Source: a virus
Lineage: Duplodnaviria > Caudoviricetes
IMG/VR virus record: IMGVR_UViG_3300037840_000311
Location: 1 to 56,366 of that record
Length of the DNA: 56,366 bases
Reading direction: 5' to 3' (one strand)
Below the pieces are notes generated by a model. It did no database searches. It was not told the origin of the DNA and saw only the letters and a program-made list of their open reading frames with translations. Below, piece by piece: positions 45,078 to 54,188 of this stretch; positions within the stretch are counted from its first letter, which is position 1; the number at the start of each line of letters is the position of its first letter. A program made the translations under genes and the position numbers.

Positions 45078-47014
45078 CTCTCCTCTTTCTTTTTTTGTCC
45101 TCAGCATTGGCGCAAGGACCGATTTTCGTGTCGGGGCGAAAAGCAGGTACGGTCACCGTCGTAGGTGGAGGAAACCTCACCAATAACGCGATCGTCACCG
45201 GAGGCGGGAGTCAGGCCGTGCAAACCCCCTCGCCCGGTTCCACCTTGGATTCGAGCGGCAATGAAGTTTTGGCCGGCAGCTTATCCACAGGCGGGGGAAC
45301 GGCCCCTGCGCTTCCGTCTGGCGCCGCAACCTGCGTATTTATGGGAACGACAAACTATGTCGCCTGGTGCATTCCTACGGGTCTCAGCGTCTCGCTTGGA
45401 CTTTTTTTCCCAAATACAACCCCTACCGCGAATCAATTCCTCTTGTGCGGAAACACTTCAGGTGGGATATCCTCCTGTGTCTGGACTACCTTTGCAGTGG
45501 CGAATTTGACCGGGGCGGCGAACAATACTCTACCCAAAGGAAACGGCACCGGGGGACTCGTCAGCTCCTCTATTACCGACGACGGAACGGTCATCAAAAC
45601 GGGCGAGAATCTAGACCTCCAGACCAATAGCCTGCTTGTCGAGCTTGCCAACTGCGCAGCCTCCTGCGGCCATGGTGGTACGGGAACGGTACTCAATAAG
45701 ATCGCCGTCCTGGTTGCCGTCAATCCAAGTACTGTAACCCTCGCGGGAACCGGAGACACCACAGGCGGATCGGGCATCGTGATCGGCGGGGCGGGAACAA
45801 CCGGCAATGCTCAGATCGCTCGAGAGGGGGAAGCCCTGTGCGTATTCGACGGGGCTACAACGGCCAGCGATTACGTGCAAATGAGCCCCACGGTAGCGGG
45901 AGATTGCCATGATGCCGGGGCCGCGGTTCCCGCTTCCGGGCAAATCTTCGGACGGGTCCTGAGCACCAACGGCGCTGGTGGTACCTACAACATGACCATC
46001 GCGCCTCCTCACTATGGAGGCGGGGCATCAGGGGGATTACTGGGCGATCCGGGATCAAACGGAGTCGTTATCCGAACCGCTCTGAACACGACCACAGCCC
46101 GCACTATCACCGGAACGTCCCCAATCACGGTGACCAACGGAGACGGCACGGCAGGAAATCCCACCATCGCCTGCGCGACGTGCGCGCCTCTCAATAGCCC
46201 GACCTTCACCGGAACGCCAGCAGCCCCCACGCAAACAGCCGGAGACAACACCACGGCTCTTGCTACCGATGCCTTCGTGACCACAGCTATAAACAACGCC
46301 ATCGCCGGCGTGAACCCCGCTGTAGCGGTTCTGGCGGCAAGCACGGCCAACGTGGTAGGCACCTACAGCAATGGCGTGGCGGGAGTCGGAGCGACCTTCA
46401 CAGTCACGGCAACCGGGGCCTTCAGCCTGGATGGAGTGGCCATCAATACCATCGGCCAGCGAGTACTGCTCAAAAATCAGAGCACGGCCTTTCAGAACGG
46501 CATCTACACGGCAACAATTGTAGGCGCCGTGGCGGTTTCGCCCGTCTTCACACGCGCGCTCGATTACGACCAACCTTCGGACATCAATAGCACCGGAGCA
46601 ATCCCAGTTCAGAGCGGCACGGTGAACGCGCTCACAAGCTGGCTGCTCACCTCGACGGTGAATACTGTCGGAACGGATGCGTTGACTTATGCGCAGTTTT
46701 CAATCAGTCCAACCGTGACAACCCAACTCATCGCAACCGGCTCAACGGCGTTCGCAACGGCCTCAATCCCTGGCAATTCGTGCGCCACAACCATCACCGT
46801 CGCAGCAACCGGAGCGACCGTGGCCACCGATCGTATCACCTGGACTCCGAATGCGGATATCAGCGGCGTGACAGGATACGGCGTGCTTTCGACGGACGGC
46901 CTGAAGGTCTATAGTTGGCTCACGGCGGGCAATATCAATTTTCACGTGTGCAACGGAACCGGCACAGCGATCGTTCCAGGAGCGGTTACCGCTGTCTGGG
47001 GAGTGACACGATGA
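45059..47014 (+). CDS. Signal-peptide-bearing fibre-like protein
   Basis: MDRRKLALLFLFLSSALA-Q; APLNSPTFTGTPAAPT...LATDAFV fibre motif; RVLLKNQ...QNGIY domain. Confidence 0.85.
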   Translation: MDRRKLALLFLFLSSALAQGPIFVSGRKAGTVTVVGGGNLTNNAIVTGGGSQAVQTPSPGSTLDSSGNEVLAGSLSTGGGTAPALPSGAATCVFMGTTNYVAWCIPTGLSVSLGLFFPNTTPTANQFLLCGNTSGGISSCVWTTFAVANLTGAANNTLPKGNGTGGLVSSSITDDGTVIKTGENLDLQTNSLLVELANCAASCGHGGTGTVLNKIAVLVAVNPSTVTLAGTGDTTGGSGIVIGGAGTTGNAQIAREGEALCVFDGATTASDYVQMSPTVAGDCHDAGAAVPASGQIFGRVLSTNGAGGTYNMTIAPPHYGGGASGGLLGDPGSNGVVIRTALNTTTARTITGTSPITVTNGDGTAGNPTIACATCAPLNSPTFTGTPAAPTQTAGDNTTALATDAFVTTAINNAIAGVNPAVAVLAASTANVVGTYSNGVAGVGATFTVTATGAFSLDGVAINTIGQRVLLKNQSTAFQNGIYTATIVGAVAVSPVFTRALDYDQPSDINSTGAIPVQSGTVNALTSWLLTSTVNTVGTDALTYAQFSISPTVTTQLIATGSTAFATASIPGNSCATTITVAATGATVATDRITWTPNADISGVTGYGVLSTDGLKVYSWLTAGNINFHVCNGTGTAIVPGAVTAVWGVTR

Positions 47015-47016
47015 CC

Positions 47017-47075
47017 GCCACCGCGCGCCCGCAAGCTGAACGCCTTCGAGCACTGGCGAACGGAGGTTTATCCCA
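47017..47075 (+). repeat. Solo right half-site covered by 22-aa linker ORF 47011..47079
   Basis: CCACCGCGCGCCCGCAAG...CTGGCGAACGGAGGTTTATCCC; ATGA overlaps at both ends. Confidence 0.92.
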
Positions 47076-49094
47076 ATGAATCCGTTTCTCGCTTGCCTCA
47101 TAGCTCTCTGGCACTCGCTCTGGTTCTCGCCTCAGTTGTATCCGTTTCCTGGGAATCCACCAGTTGGTTCGGCACCAATTACTCTCGACGCCTCTTGCAC
47201 TGGAATAGGCAGTGCTTTCACCACCCCATGTTCATCACCAATGACCGTGACTGCTGGCGACACAATAACCTGCGAAGGTGTTATCTCTGCTTTCTCCGGA
47301 GAGTTTGGCTGGTTCAATGATGCTACCAACAATGCAATTTACGATACCGTCTACGGAGGACTTAATGGGACCAGCACGAATAACTGGGTAATCAGCGCCG
47401 TATATCCCAATTCAGCGGGTGGCTCTATAACCCCACAGATAAACGGATGGCCTTCCGGAGCTACTTCGTTTTTACTTTTGGCCTGTCAGGCGTGGAAAGG
47501 GACTCGCAGCACTTTTGTAGTAGATCCAACTCCGATCTTATTTAATGCCGCAAACGCATCGAATCCTACGGCAGGAACGGCGGTGACTCCTACAAACATC
47601 AATGAATTGATTGTTTGTCAGCTATCGCGTGCATCGGCGGCCACCACTTCTGCCGGATCGGGATTCAGCCCTGCCGGGACACTGACAGCCGTTACAGAAA
47701 ATTTGAGCCAATACTTTCAGTATCAGATTCAGACTGCCGCGACCGCCGTGAATTGCCCCTACACGTCCGCTTCGGCACAGTATACCGATACTCAGTTCGC
47801 ACTTCTGAATGCCGTCAATCCGGCGGGATATAGACCGCTCGGTGGAATGTACGGCTTCCCTGCATCGGCTCAGACCAATGGTGCGACCGCCACGCTAGCA
47901 ATTCTGAATACATCCAACTCAGGCTCCATTTGGGCCACGCACGGAAATCCTACTAACGCACCGTGGACCCAGTATTCCGGCGCTACAGTAACTTTCGATA
48001 CCTCGGTGAACCCCACAGGCACCGGAAAGATCATGGTCAACGGAAAGACCCATACATTCGGCGATGCGGGCGGCAGTGTGGCATTTCCCAACGGCAATGC
48101 AAGTAAAAACGCCTATCTGTTCACAGATTTGTCAGCTAATCAAGGCACTCCGATGTGGCTGTCTTATTTCTTTCGGGCCGCATCTGCTGGAGCAACTGCA
48201 TCGACGGGCTGCGATACGGTAGATTTATCGGGGGGAATCGTGGAGGGGGGCGTGGATGTTCAAGCACAATACACCACCGGCGGAACTCCTTTAGGATTTT
48301 TCATTGAACCCGCTGAAGGCGGTCATTCACCGGCCATAAGCGGGTTCAGCGCAGACACAGACTACTGGATACAGATTCACTCGGCGGGGGTAAATGAGCG
48401 ATACCACCAGGTGCTTGTGTCCAGCAAATCCGGTGGGGTATGGTCGTTATCAAGTACATTGAATTTCGACGCGCTGTGTGCAGCCCAAGGCGGCACTAAC
48501 TGCACGACGCCAGCTACGGTTGCCACGGGTTCAGGAACAGTGTCTTCAGGATCGAACTCTCTGGTACTCACGGGAGTAACCGGGACGGTATCGGTCGGCA
48601 ACGTCGTACTTGCCGCGTCGGGGAGCGCCATTCCCTATATCACGACAGTAGCGGCCTCGACGGTTTCGGCGGGTTCGGGAACGGTCACACTCTCTCAAAA
48701 CGCCGCCTCTCCCTTAAGCGCGGCGACCGTCAATTTCATAGCCAAGCCTGCCAATTTAATCGCAGCGACAACCGGGACAGTTTCAGCCGGTTCCACCGCA
48801 ATGACCATAGTAGTGCCGGGATCTGGGACCGTCGCTGTCGGGCAAGCGATCGGGAGCACAGATGGCAACATTCAGATGGGCACTGTAGTCGCCGCCGTAT
48901 CGGGCACCTCTGTCACACTTAACCAGGCTCCGGCCATCGCCGAATCTAGTGGCGTGTCATTTTGGAGAACATCACCAGGCTTGCCTAACTTTCCAATTGG
49001 AACATGGTCGTCTTGTGCGTTTACGAACACGCTTTGGTATAGCGGGGTAGTGTGGGACCCGTTAGGAACTTGGGGCCAGTTTGAGCCGAACTAA
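47076..49094 (+). CDS. Large beta-rich putative receptor-binding protein
   Basis: Hydrophobic N-terminus; Ser/Thr/Gly-rich; duplicated C-terminal module (GTVS.GS...V.VG...VTL.Q). Confidence 0.8.
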   Translation: MNPFLACLIALWHSLWFSPQLYPFPGNPPVGSAPITLDASCTGIGSAFTTPCSSPMTVTAGDTITCEGVISAFSGEFGWFNDATNNAIYDTVYGGLNGTSTNNWVISAVYPNSAGGSITPQINGWPSGATSFLLLACQAWKGTRSTFVVDPTPILFNAANASNPTAGTAVTPTNINELIVCQLSRASAATTSAGSGFSPAGTLTAVTENLSQYFQYQIQTAATAVNCPYTSASAQYTDTQFALLNAVNPAGYRPLGGMYGFPASAQTNGATATLAILNTSNSGSIWATHGNPTNAPWTQYSGATVTFDTSVNPTGTGKIMVNGKTHTFGDAGGSVAFPNGNASKNAYLFTDLSANQGTPMWLSYFFRAASAGATASTGCDTVDLSGGIVEGGVDVQAQYTTGGTPLGFFIEPAEGGHSPAISGFSADTDYWIQIHSAGVNERYHQVLVSSKSGGVWSLSSTLNFDALCAAQGGTNCTTPATVATGSGTVSSGSNSLVLTGVTGTVSVGNVVLAASGSAIPYITTVAASTVSAGSGTVTLSQNAASPLSAATVNFIAKPANLIAATTGTVSAGSTAMTIVVPGSGTVAVGQAIGSTDGNIQMGTVVAAVSGTSVTLNQAPAIAESSGVSFWRTSPGLPNFPIGTWSSCAFTNTLWYSGVVWDPLGTWGQFEPN

Positions 49095-49106
49095 GCGAGG
49101 CTGTTT

Positions 49107-49574
49107 ATGATTCTCCTCACCTTCGAAGACATCCAACCCGCGAACCCAAAACCACCCTCCAACTGGCCCTACCTGATAGCCGTGATCCTCATGGCTGCTT
49201 TCGGCGTGATCGCCGTATTGATCTTGACCAAGCTGCGCCCGACTCAGGACAACAGCATGCTGATTACAACGGTGATCGGGTTCTTGTCAACAACAACAGG
49301 CGTGATCCTGACCTTCATGAAAGCGGCCGATACCCACGATGCAGTGAACGGGCAACTCAGACGATTCCTGGATACAGCAAGGCAGGTATCGCACTACGAA
49401 GGCCAGGCACAAGGAAGGATCGAGGGAATCGCTGAAGGGGAATTGAGACACCCGATGCAAGCCGTCATCCCGGTTGTGCTTCAGCCAGCGCCGCCGATTC
49501 TACCCACCGCCCCCGCGCTTTCACCCGTACAACCCGCGCCCACTGATGCGGCCAACAAAAAGGAGTCCTCATGA
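49107..49574 (+). CDS. Two-TM holin-like protein
   Basis: Two TM segments directly upstream of the lysozyme-like gene. Confidence 0.6.
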   Translation: MILLTFEDIQPANPKPPSNWPYLIAVILMAAFGVIAVLILTKLRPTQDNSMLITTVIGFLSTTTGVILTFMKAADTHDAVNGQLRRFLDTARQVSHYEGQAQGRIEGIAEGELRHPMQAVIPVVLQPAPPILPTAPALSPVQPAPTDAANKKESS

Positions 49575-49978
49575 GCCTAACAGATCAAATCGCCAAATCC
49601 ATCGCCAATGTCGAATCGGGCGGCAACCCCAACGCCTTATCGTATCGAAACAACAATCCGGGAAACCTCCGCTCCTGGGGATCGAACCCGATCGTCAACG
49701 GCTACGCCAAATTTCCCACGATGCAAGACGGATGGAACGCTCTCTATTCCCAGATCAACACAAACATCGGCCGCGGCCTCACATTGAATCAGTTTTTTGC
49801 CGGCCAGCGAGATGCTAACGGCAACGTCATCCCAGGCGGATACCCCGGCTACGCTCCAAGTGGAGACAGCAACACGCCATCGGCTTACGCGGCTCGTGTG
49901 GCGTCAGACGTAGGCATTGACCCGAACACCCCGCTGAACGCCTTGGGAAGCCCGCCAAACCCTCACAAGCCCTCCTGA
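49571..49978 (+). CDS. Lysozyme-like muralytic protein
   Basis: IANVESGG, RNNNPGNLR, YAKFPT...G, YAP..D.N...YA..V. Confidence 0.8.
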   Translation: MSLTDQIAKSIANVESGGNPNALSYRNNNPGNLRSWGSNPIVNGYAKFPTMQDGWNALYSQINTNIGRGLTLNQFFAGQRDANGNVIPGGYPGYAPSGDSNTPSAYAARVASDVGIDPNTPLNALGSPPNPHKPS

Positions 49979-50165
49979 ACGCACAAACAGGCGGGCCAGA
50001 CACCAGCGCAATCGATCCGGTAACCGGCCTGCCAATCGATTACACGAATTCAATCACGTCCGATCCTTCGCAGTCAGGAGTAGTGGATTACACAGGTTTA
50101 GTTCTGTTGGGATTAGGATTGTTGGCAGCCTGGTACTTTTTCACGGATTGAAGCCTTTTTTTAGG

Positions 50166-50194
50166 TTGACCGCCTCTCGTTCTAAGCGTAGAAT
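50166..50194 (+). promoter_or_regulatory. Sigma70-like promoter
   Basis: TTGACC-17-TAGAAT a few nt before GTG 50201 (possibly leaderless). Confidence 0.65.
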
Positions 50195-50200
50195 ACTTTC

Positions 50201-50485
50201 GTGCCCGCTCCAAACTATCTAGTGTGCGCTCCTGCCGATGGGCCACTTTGCGTTGCGGGAACCGTCTTCAAGCATTTTTGCTCCGTTTGTCACCAACGCG
50301 TCATGCTCTCACCTTCCGGCCAGGAGCGTTTGAAATCTCTCGCGGATGTGAAAATTATCTGCTTGGACTGTTTTACTGAGCACCCACCAGAGGACGCCAA
50401 TTATCAGCATTCAGCAGGATCGGCAGAAAACGCCAGCCGCGAACTTTCGACGGCTGTACCGAATTCTTGGAAAAGCCGGAACTGA
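50201..50485 (+). CDS. Zinc-finger-like hypothetical protein
   Basis: CSVC...CLDC. Confidence 0.65.
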   Translation: MPAPNYLVCAPADGPLCVAGTVFKHFCSVCHQRVMLSPSGQERLKSLADVKIICLDCFTEHPPEDANYQHSAGSAENASRELSTAVPNSWKSRN

Positions 50486-50489
50486 ACTA

Positions 50490-50550
50490 GCCACCGCGCG
50501 CCCACATTTCCAACCCTGCCCCGGCTGGCGCACGGCGGTTTTCCCAAAAA
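50490..50550 (+). repeat. Right half-site
   Basis: CCACCGCGCGCCC...CTGGCGCACGGCGGTTTTCCCAAAAA. Confidence 0.85.
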
Positions 50551-50559
50551 CATCGTAAA

Positions 50560-50847
50560 ATGGAATCCATGCCAAAACCAACAGATGAAGTATCCGTACC
50601 CTTCCCCATGAAGCAGTCAGCTCTTGACAAATTGATAGCCTGGGGGAAAACCCAAGGGCTCACCGAACCAACGGCGATCCTCGAAGCCTTCATGCTCAAA
50701 GTGGGTTCAGTCGCGGCGCAGCATCCCGACAAGCACGCCAAATTCGGCGACTCCCCATTCTTCCCGCCCGATCCGACAGCGCCCGATCCGTGCGACGGCT
50801 GCCGAGGATGGGATTGTGTGATTTGCACGTTCACCGGGTCGTACTGA
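50560..50847 (+). CDS. Hypothetical protein with Cys-rich C-terminus
   Basis: CDGC...CVIC. Confidence 0.65.
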   Translation: MESMPKPTDEVSVPFPMKQSALDKLIAWGKTQGLTEPTAILEAFMLKVGSVAAQHPDKHAKFGDSPFFPPDPTAPDPCDGCRGWDCVICTFTGSY

Positions 50848-50881
50848 TATACTGGACTTGCGTTTGCATTGTCAGCCTCTT

Positions 50882-50920
50882 GGCCCGTTTCCACACGAAC
50901 TGGAGCGGGCCGTTTTTTTG
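50882..50920 (+). terminator. Intrinsic terminator
   Basis: GGCCCGTTTCCA / TGGAGCGGGCC stem followed by a T7 run. Confidence 0.75.
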
Positions 50921-50949
50921 TTTGACCGCCTCTCATTCCCAAGCTCCCC

Positions 50950-50978
50950 TTGACAACGAATGCTTCATGGAGCATACT
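50950..50978 (+). promoter_or_regulatory. Sigma70-like promoter
   Basis: TTGACA-17-CATACT. Confidence 0.6.
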
Positions 50979-51005
50979 GACCACTTGAACCGGCAAGAGC
51001 AATTC

Positions 51006-51155
51006 ATGCGCGAGCTTCAAGCCCTCGTCAATAAATATTTCGTCCCGACGATGAACGAGCTCCGATCCGAAAAGCTCACACCAAAGAAGCGTAAGGAAAT
51101 AGCCCAAAAAGCGGCAAGGGCCAGATGGGGGAAGAAACCAGATGTCAATCCATGA
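51006..51155 (+). CDS. Small basic protein (LTPKKRKEIAQKAARARW motif; start uncertain)
   Basis: Motif related to 1772..1981. Confidence 0.6.
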   Translation: MRELQALVNKYFVPTMNELRSEKLTPKKRKEIAQKAARARWGKKPDVNP

Positions 51156-51462
51156 TGGAATACGCCTGATAGCGATTACGTGCCCGCGTATTTATTGCGA
51201 TGTCTGCCAGAGGACTTTCCCGCGCGGACTTGAACCGATCATGACGATTCGGCTGGCAACGGAAAAGCCCAGCGCATACCGTTGGGACAACAGCGAAGCG
51301 ACGTATACAGCCGATGGAATTCCAACGACTGTAGATGCCTACCTCGCCGACGCAATTGCTGCCGGATGGAAACAGGTGGACTTTTTCGGGAAACCGCAGA
51401 TAGTCTGCACAAATTGCGCCACCGCGCCCCCGCGACCGCCGAAAACCCCGTGGAACCGTTGA
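51142..51462 (+). CDS. Zinc-finger-like protein ending in a right half-site
   Basis: CDVC...GW...CTNC. Confidence 0.65.
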   Translation: MSIHDGIRLIAITCPRIYCDVCQRTFPRGLEPIMTIRLATEKPSAYRWDNSEATYTADGIPTTVDAYLADAIAAGWKQVDFFGKPQIVCTNCATAPPRPPKTPWNR

Positions 51463-51472
51463 GCCCAAAAAC
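51419..51472 (+). repeat. Right half-site, GAGCCCAAA type
   Basis: CCACCGCGCCC...GTTGAGCCCAAAAA. Confidence 0.85.
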
Positions 51473-51483
51473 AGAATGAGCCC

Positions 51484-52647
51484 ATGCCCGACAATTTCAA
51501 ATTCCTACCAGATCATTCGACCAACCCTGATCATTCTCCTCTCAGGAGACACACCCCCACTCCCCACCCCGACAGTTTCATCGACGACTACTCCCACGCC
51601 AGACCGGGCATCTGGCCCCTGCCCGACAAGTTGCACGTGATGACGGTTCTGAGCAACCCCCCGCGGTTTCGATCCAGGTACAACCTCTACCGCGAGTACT
51701 CGAAACGTGTGCTCGACTCCTCGGCCATCCTTCACACCTGTGAAATCGCTTTTGGTCAGCGGCATTTTGAAATCACGGACCCCAATAACCCCCATCACCT
51801 TCAACTTCGCACTAGCCATGAACTTTGGCACAAAGAGAACGGCCTGAATCTGCTGATCGCCAACGCGCGGCGGCTCTACCCGGAAATGCGGTACGTTGCA
51901 TGGATCGACGCGGATATTCAATTCGCCCGGCCAGATTTCGCGCAAGAAACCCTCCATCAACTGCAGCATTTCGACTTCGTGCAGATGTTTTCTCACGCTC
52001 AGAATCTTGGACCGGAAGGCCAGCCGATCGATGAGAAAACCACGCCAGGTTTCATGTGGAGCTACGCCAATGATCGGCCGAACCCTCACGACGCCCCGGA
52101 CGGTTGGGACTGGGCAACCCAATTTCAAACCTCATCGGCCGATGGCGTAAGCCCTATGTGCTACTACTCCATGCTGCCGGAGCAAGCCGGCCCGATTTCG
52201 TGGAAATTCACGCACCCCGGTTTTTGTTGGGCAGCCCGCGTCGACGCCCTCGACAAAGTAGGCGGTTTGATCGATTTCGGCATCCTGGGATCCGGCGATT
52301 ATCACATGGCTTGTGCCCTGGTAGGCCACGTCGAATACAGCCTCGCTAGAGAAATGCCGGAGCGGTACAAGTACCTCTGCTACCAGTGGCAAGAGCGGGC
52401 GGAAAAGCACATTCGCCGAAACGTGGGATACGTGCCCGGTTTGGTCAATCACGGATGGCACGGCAGACGCGCAGCCAGGCTCTATGACAAGCGCTGGAAG
52501 TTCCTGAAGGTCTCAGGCTTCGATCCAGATCTAGACCTCAAGAAAGACTCGCAAGGTCTCTGGCAGTTGACGGACAGAAGCTATCAACTGAGAGACGGGC
52601 TCAGGGATTACGCCCGATTGAGAAACGAAGATTCCATTGACCTATGA
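51484..52647 (+). CDS. Putative GT-A-fold glycosyltransferase-like protein
   Basis: LWHKEN.LN, VAWIDADI (DxD), HPGFCWA, LGSGD, HGWHG. Confidence 0.7.
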   Translation: MPDNFKFLPDHSTNPDHSPLRRHTPTPHPDSFIDDYSHARPGIWPLPDKLHVMTVLSNPPRFRSRYNLYREYSKRVLDSSAILHTCEIAFGQRHFEITDPNNPHHLQLRTSHELWHKENGLNLLIANARRLYPEMRYVAWIDADIQFARPDFAQETLHQLQHFDFVQMFSHAQNLGPEGQPIDEKTTPGFMWSYANDRPNPHDAPDGWDWATQFQTSSADGVSPMCYYSMLPEQAGPISWKFTHPGFCWAARVDALDKVGGLIDFGILGSGDYHMACALVGHVEYSLAREMPERYKYLCYQWQERAEKHIRRNVGYVPGLVNHGWHGRRAARLYDKRWKFLKVSGFDPDLDLKKDSQGLWQLTDRSYQLRDGLRDYARLRNEDSIDL

Positions 52648-52792
52648 ACCTCCCCACTAATCAAGCCGAGATGATCGAATTCCGCAAGCGATTGATTGAC
52701 GCACGGCGCCGCAACCCAGAAGCACTCCAGACTTTCGCGGATGAAGTGATCGCAGCGGCTGACAAACTTATCGCAGAATACCAGGAGAACGA

Positions 52793-53539
52793 ATGAGAAC
52801 CACCAAACGCATGGGATGGATACCGGACCTCCCCGACCAGAGAGACCACAAGTATGGCCGTGCTCTGTTGGCGAAACTCCCCTTCGCCGTCTCACTCCGC
52901 GCCAACGCCGGGCCGATCTACGATCAAGGAAACATCGGCTCATGCACCGCGCAAGCCATCGCCGCGGCCATCGTGTACGAAGAGAAGAAACAGAGCCTAC
53001 CCGAAATCTTCCCCTCGCGCTTGTTCATCTACTACAACGAGCGGGTGATCGAGAATTCCGTATCGAGCGACTCCGGCGCCCAGATCCGGGACGGCATCAA
53101 GAGCGTAGTGAACCAGGGAGTTTGCAACGAAAGATCCTGGGGATACGAACACGCTTTTGACGATGTACCGTGGTCGAAGTGCTACACCGAGGCCAAGCGC
53201 GATCTCGTCAAGCAGTATCTGAGCTTGGACCCCGACTTGAACCAGATGCAAACCTGTCTCGCGGCAGGCTTCCCTTTTATCGTGGGATTCACGGTGTACG
53301 ACTCGTTCCAATCGGACGCGGTAGCTAACTCTGGACATGTGCCGATGCCGGGACCCTCTGAGCAGGTGATCGGCGGGCATGCGGTTTTGTGTTTGGGGTA
53401 CGATAACGCGAGTCAAACATTCCTTTGTCAGAACTCGTGGGGAAAAGACTGGGGAATGCAAGGGTTTTTCACAATGCCCTATGCGTATTTAACGGATTCA
53501 AATTTAGCTGGAGACTTTTGGTCTATCAGGATGGTGTGA
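52793..53539 (+). CDS. Papain-like C1 family cysteine peptidase
   Basis: DQGNIGSCTA, SRLFIYY, GGHAV, NSWGKDWG. Confidence 0.95.
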   Translation: MRTTKRMGWIPDLPDQRDHKYGRALLAKLPFAVSLRANAGPIYDQGNIGSCTAQAIAAAIVYEEKKQSLPEIFPSRLFIYYNERVIENSVSSDSGAQIRDGIKSVVNQGVCNERSWGYEHAFDDVPWSKCYTEAKRDLVKQYLSLDPDLNQMQTCLAAGFPFIVGFTVYDSFQSDAVANSGHVPMPGPSEQVIGGHAVLCLGYDNASQTFLCQNSWGKDWGMQGFFTMPYAYLTDSNLAGDFWSIRMV

Positions 53540-53889
53540 GTTTGGCTTCACCAGACGAACGCAAGAGCGAGACAGAACGGCAGCGCGGCGGCGATTTGTA
53601 TAGCGTTGTTCTTGACAGGGCAACCGAGAACTACGAGCAGGCTTTCGCGTGGAACAAGCCGGAAAATGGATCTGGTTATCATGCCATCAGCCTAAACAGG
53701 CTCATCCATGCAGAAGCTCAGATTGAAGTGTTGGAAATCTTCAATTGCGGCCAAGTTGGGGGTTATGATCGCGGACAGGAAGCGGCAGGCCGCCGATCAC
53801 TGAAAGATCGGCTCGCTTGGCTCAAATCTCATCGCCCCAGCGCCCCAACAAGCCCGGACCCGAGACCAACAGGTGAACCCAAACCATGA
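53536..53889 (+). CDS. Sense cargo ORF spanning a left/right pair
   Basis: Left TTTGGCTTCACCAG...GCGCGG 53541-53592; right ...CAGGTGAACCCAAA about 53835-53883; coupled at both ends. Confidence 0.6.
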   Translation: MSLASPDERKSETERQRGGDLYSVVLDRATENYEQAFAWNKPENGSGYHAISLNRLIHAEAQIEVLEIFNCGQVGGYDRGQEAAGRRSLKDRLAWLKSHRPSAPTSPDPRPTGEPKP

Positions 53890-54188
53890 AACGCTCTTGT
53901 CTCATCTGCCTCATCCTCCCCTTGCTGTTCGCCCAAACCCAGCTCCGCATTGACTCCCAAGTATCCCCCTTGCCTACCGTGATCGTGGCTCAGTACGCCA
54001 CTTGCATCGGACTACCCTCTTGCGCCGGGATACAGTACGCGCAGTTCAAGATGAGCGACGGCACGACGCGCGGCCCCTTTTGGCTTGTGCCGACCACTCC
54101 AGGTTTCGCGCTTGATGTGAACTGGACCTCGATTCCGGTTACCACGCCGGCAGGAACCGCAGCAAATTGCTCACAGGTGAAGCCATGA
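53886..54188 (+). CDS. Small secreted-type protein
   Basis: MKRSCLICLILPLLFA-Q. Confidence 0.7.
   Translation: MKRSCLICLILPLLFAQTQLRIDSQVSPLPTVIVAQYATCIGLPSCAGIQYAQFKMSDGTTRGPFWLVPTTPGFALDVNWTSIPVTTPAGTAANCSQVKP

Noticed and set aside
21703-47075. CRISPR array interpretation of the repeats
   Set aside because: Copies are dispersed, irregularly spaced, of two inverted types and internally variable; no cas genes seen.
43671-49094. Diversity-generating retroelement acting on spike genes
   Set aside because: No reverse transcriptase and no template/variable repeat pair seen.
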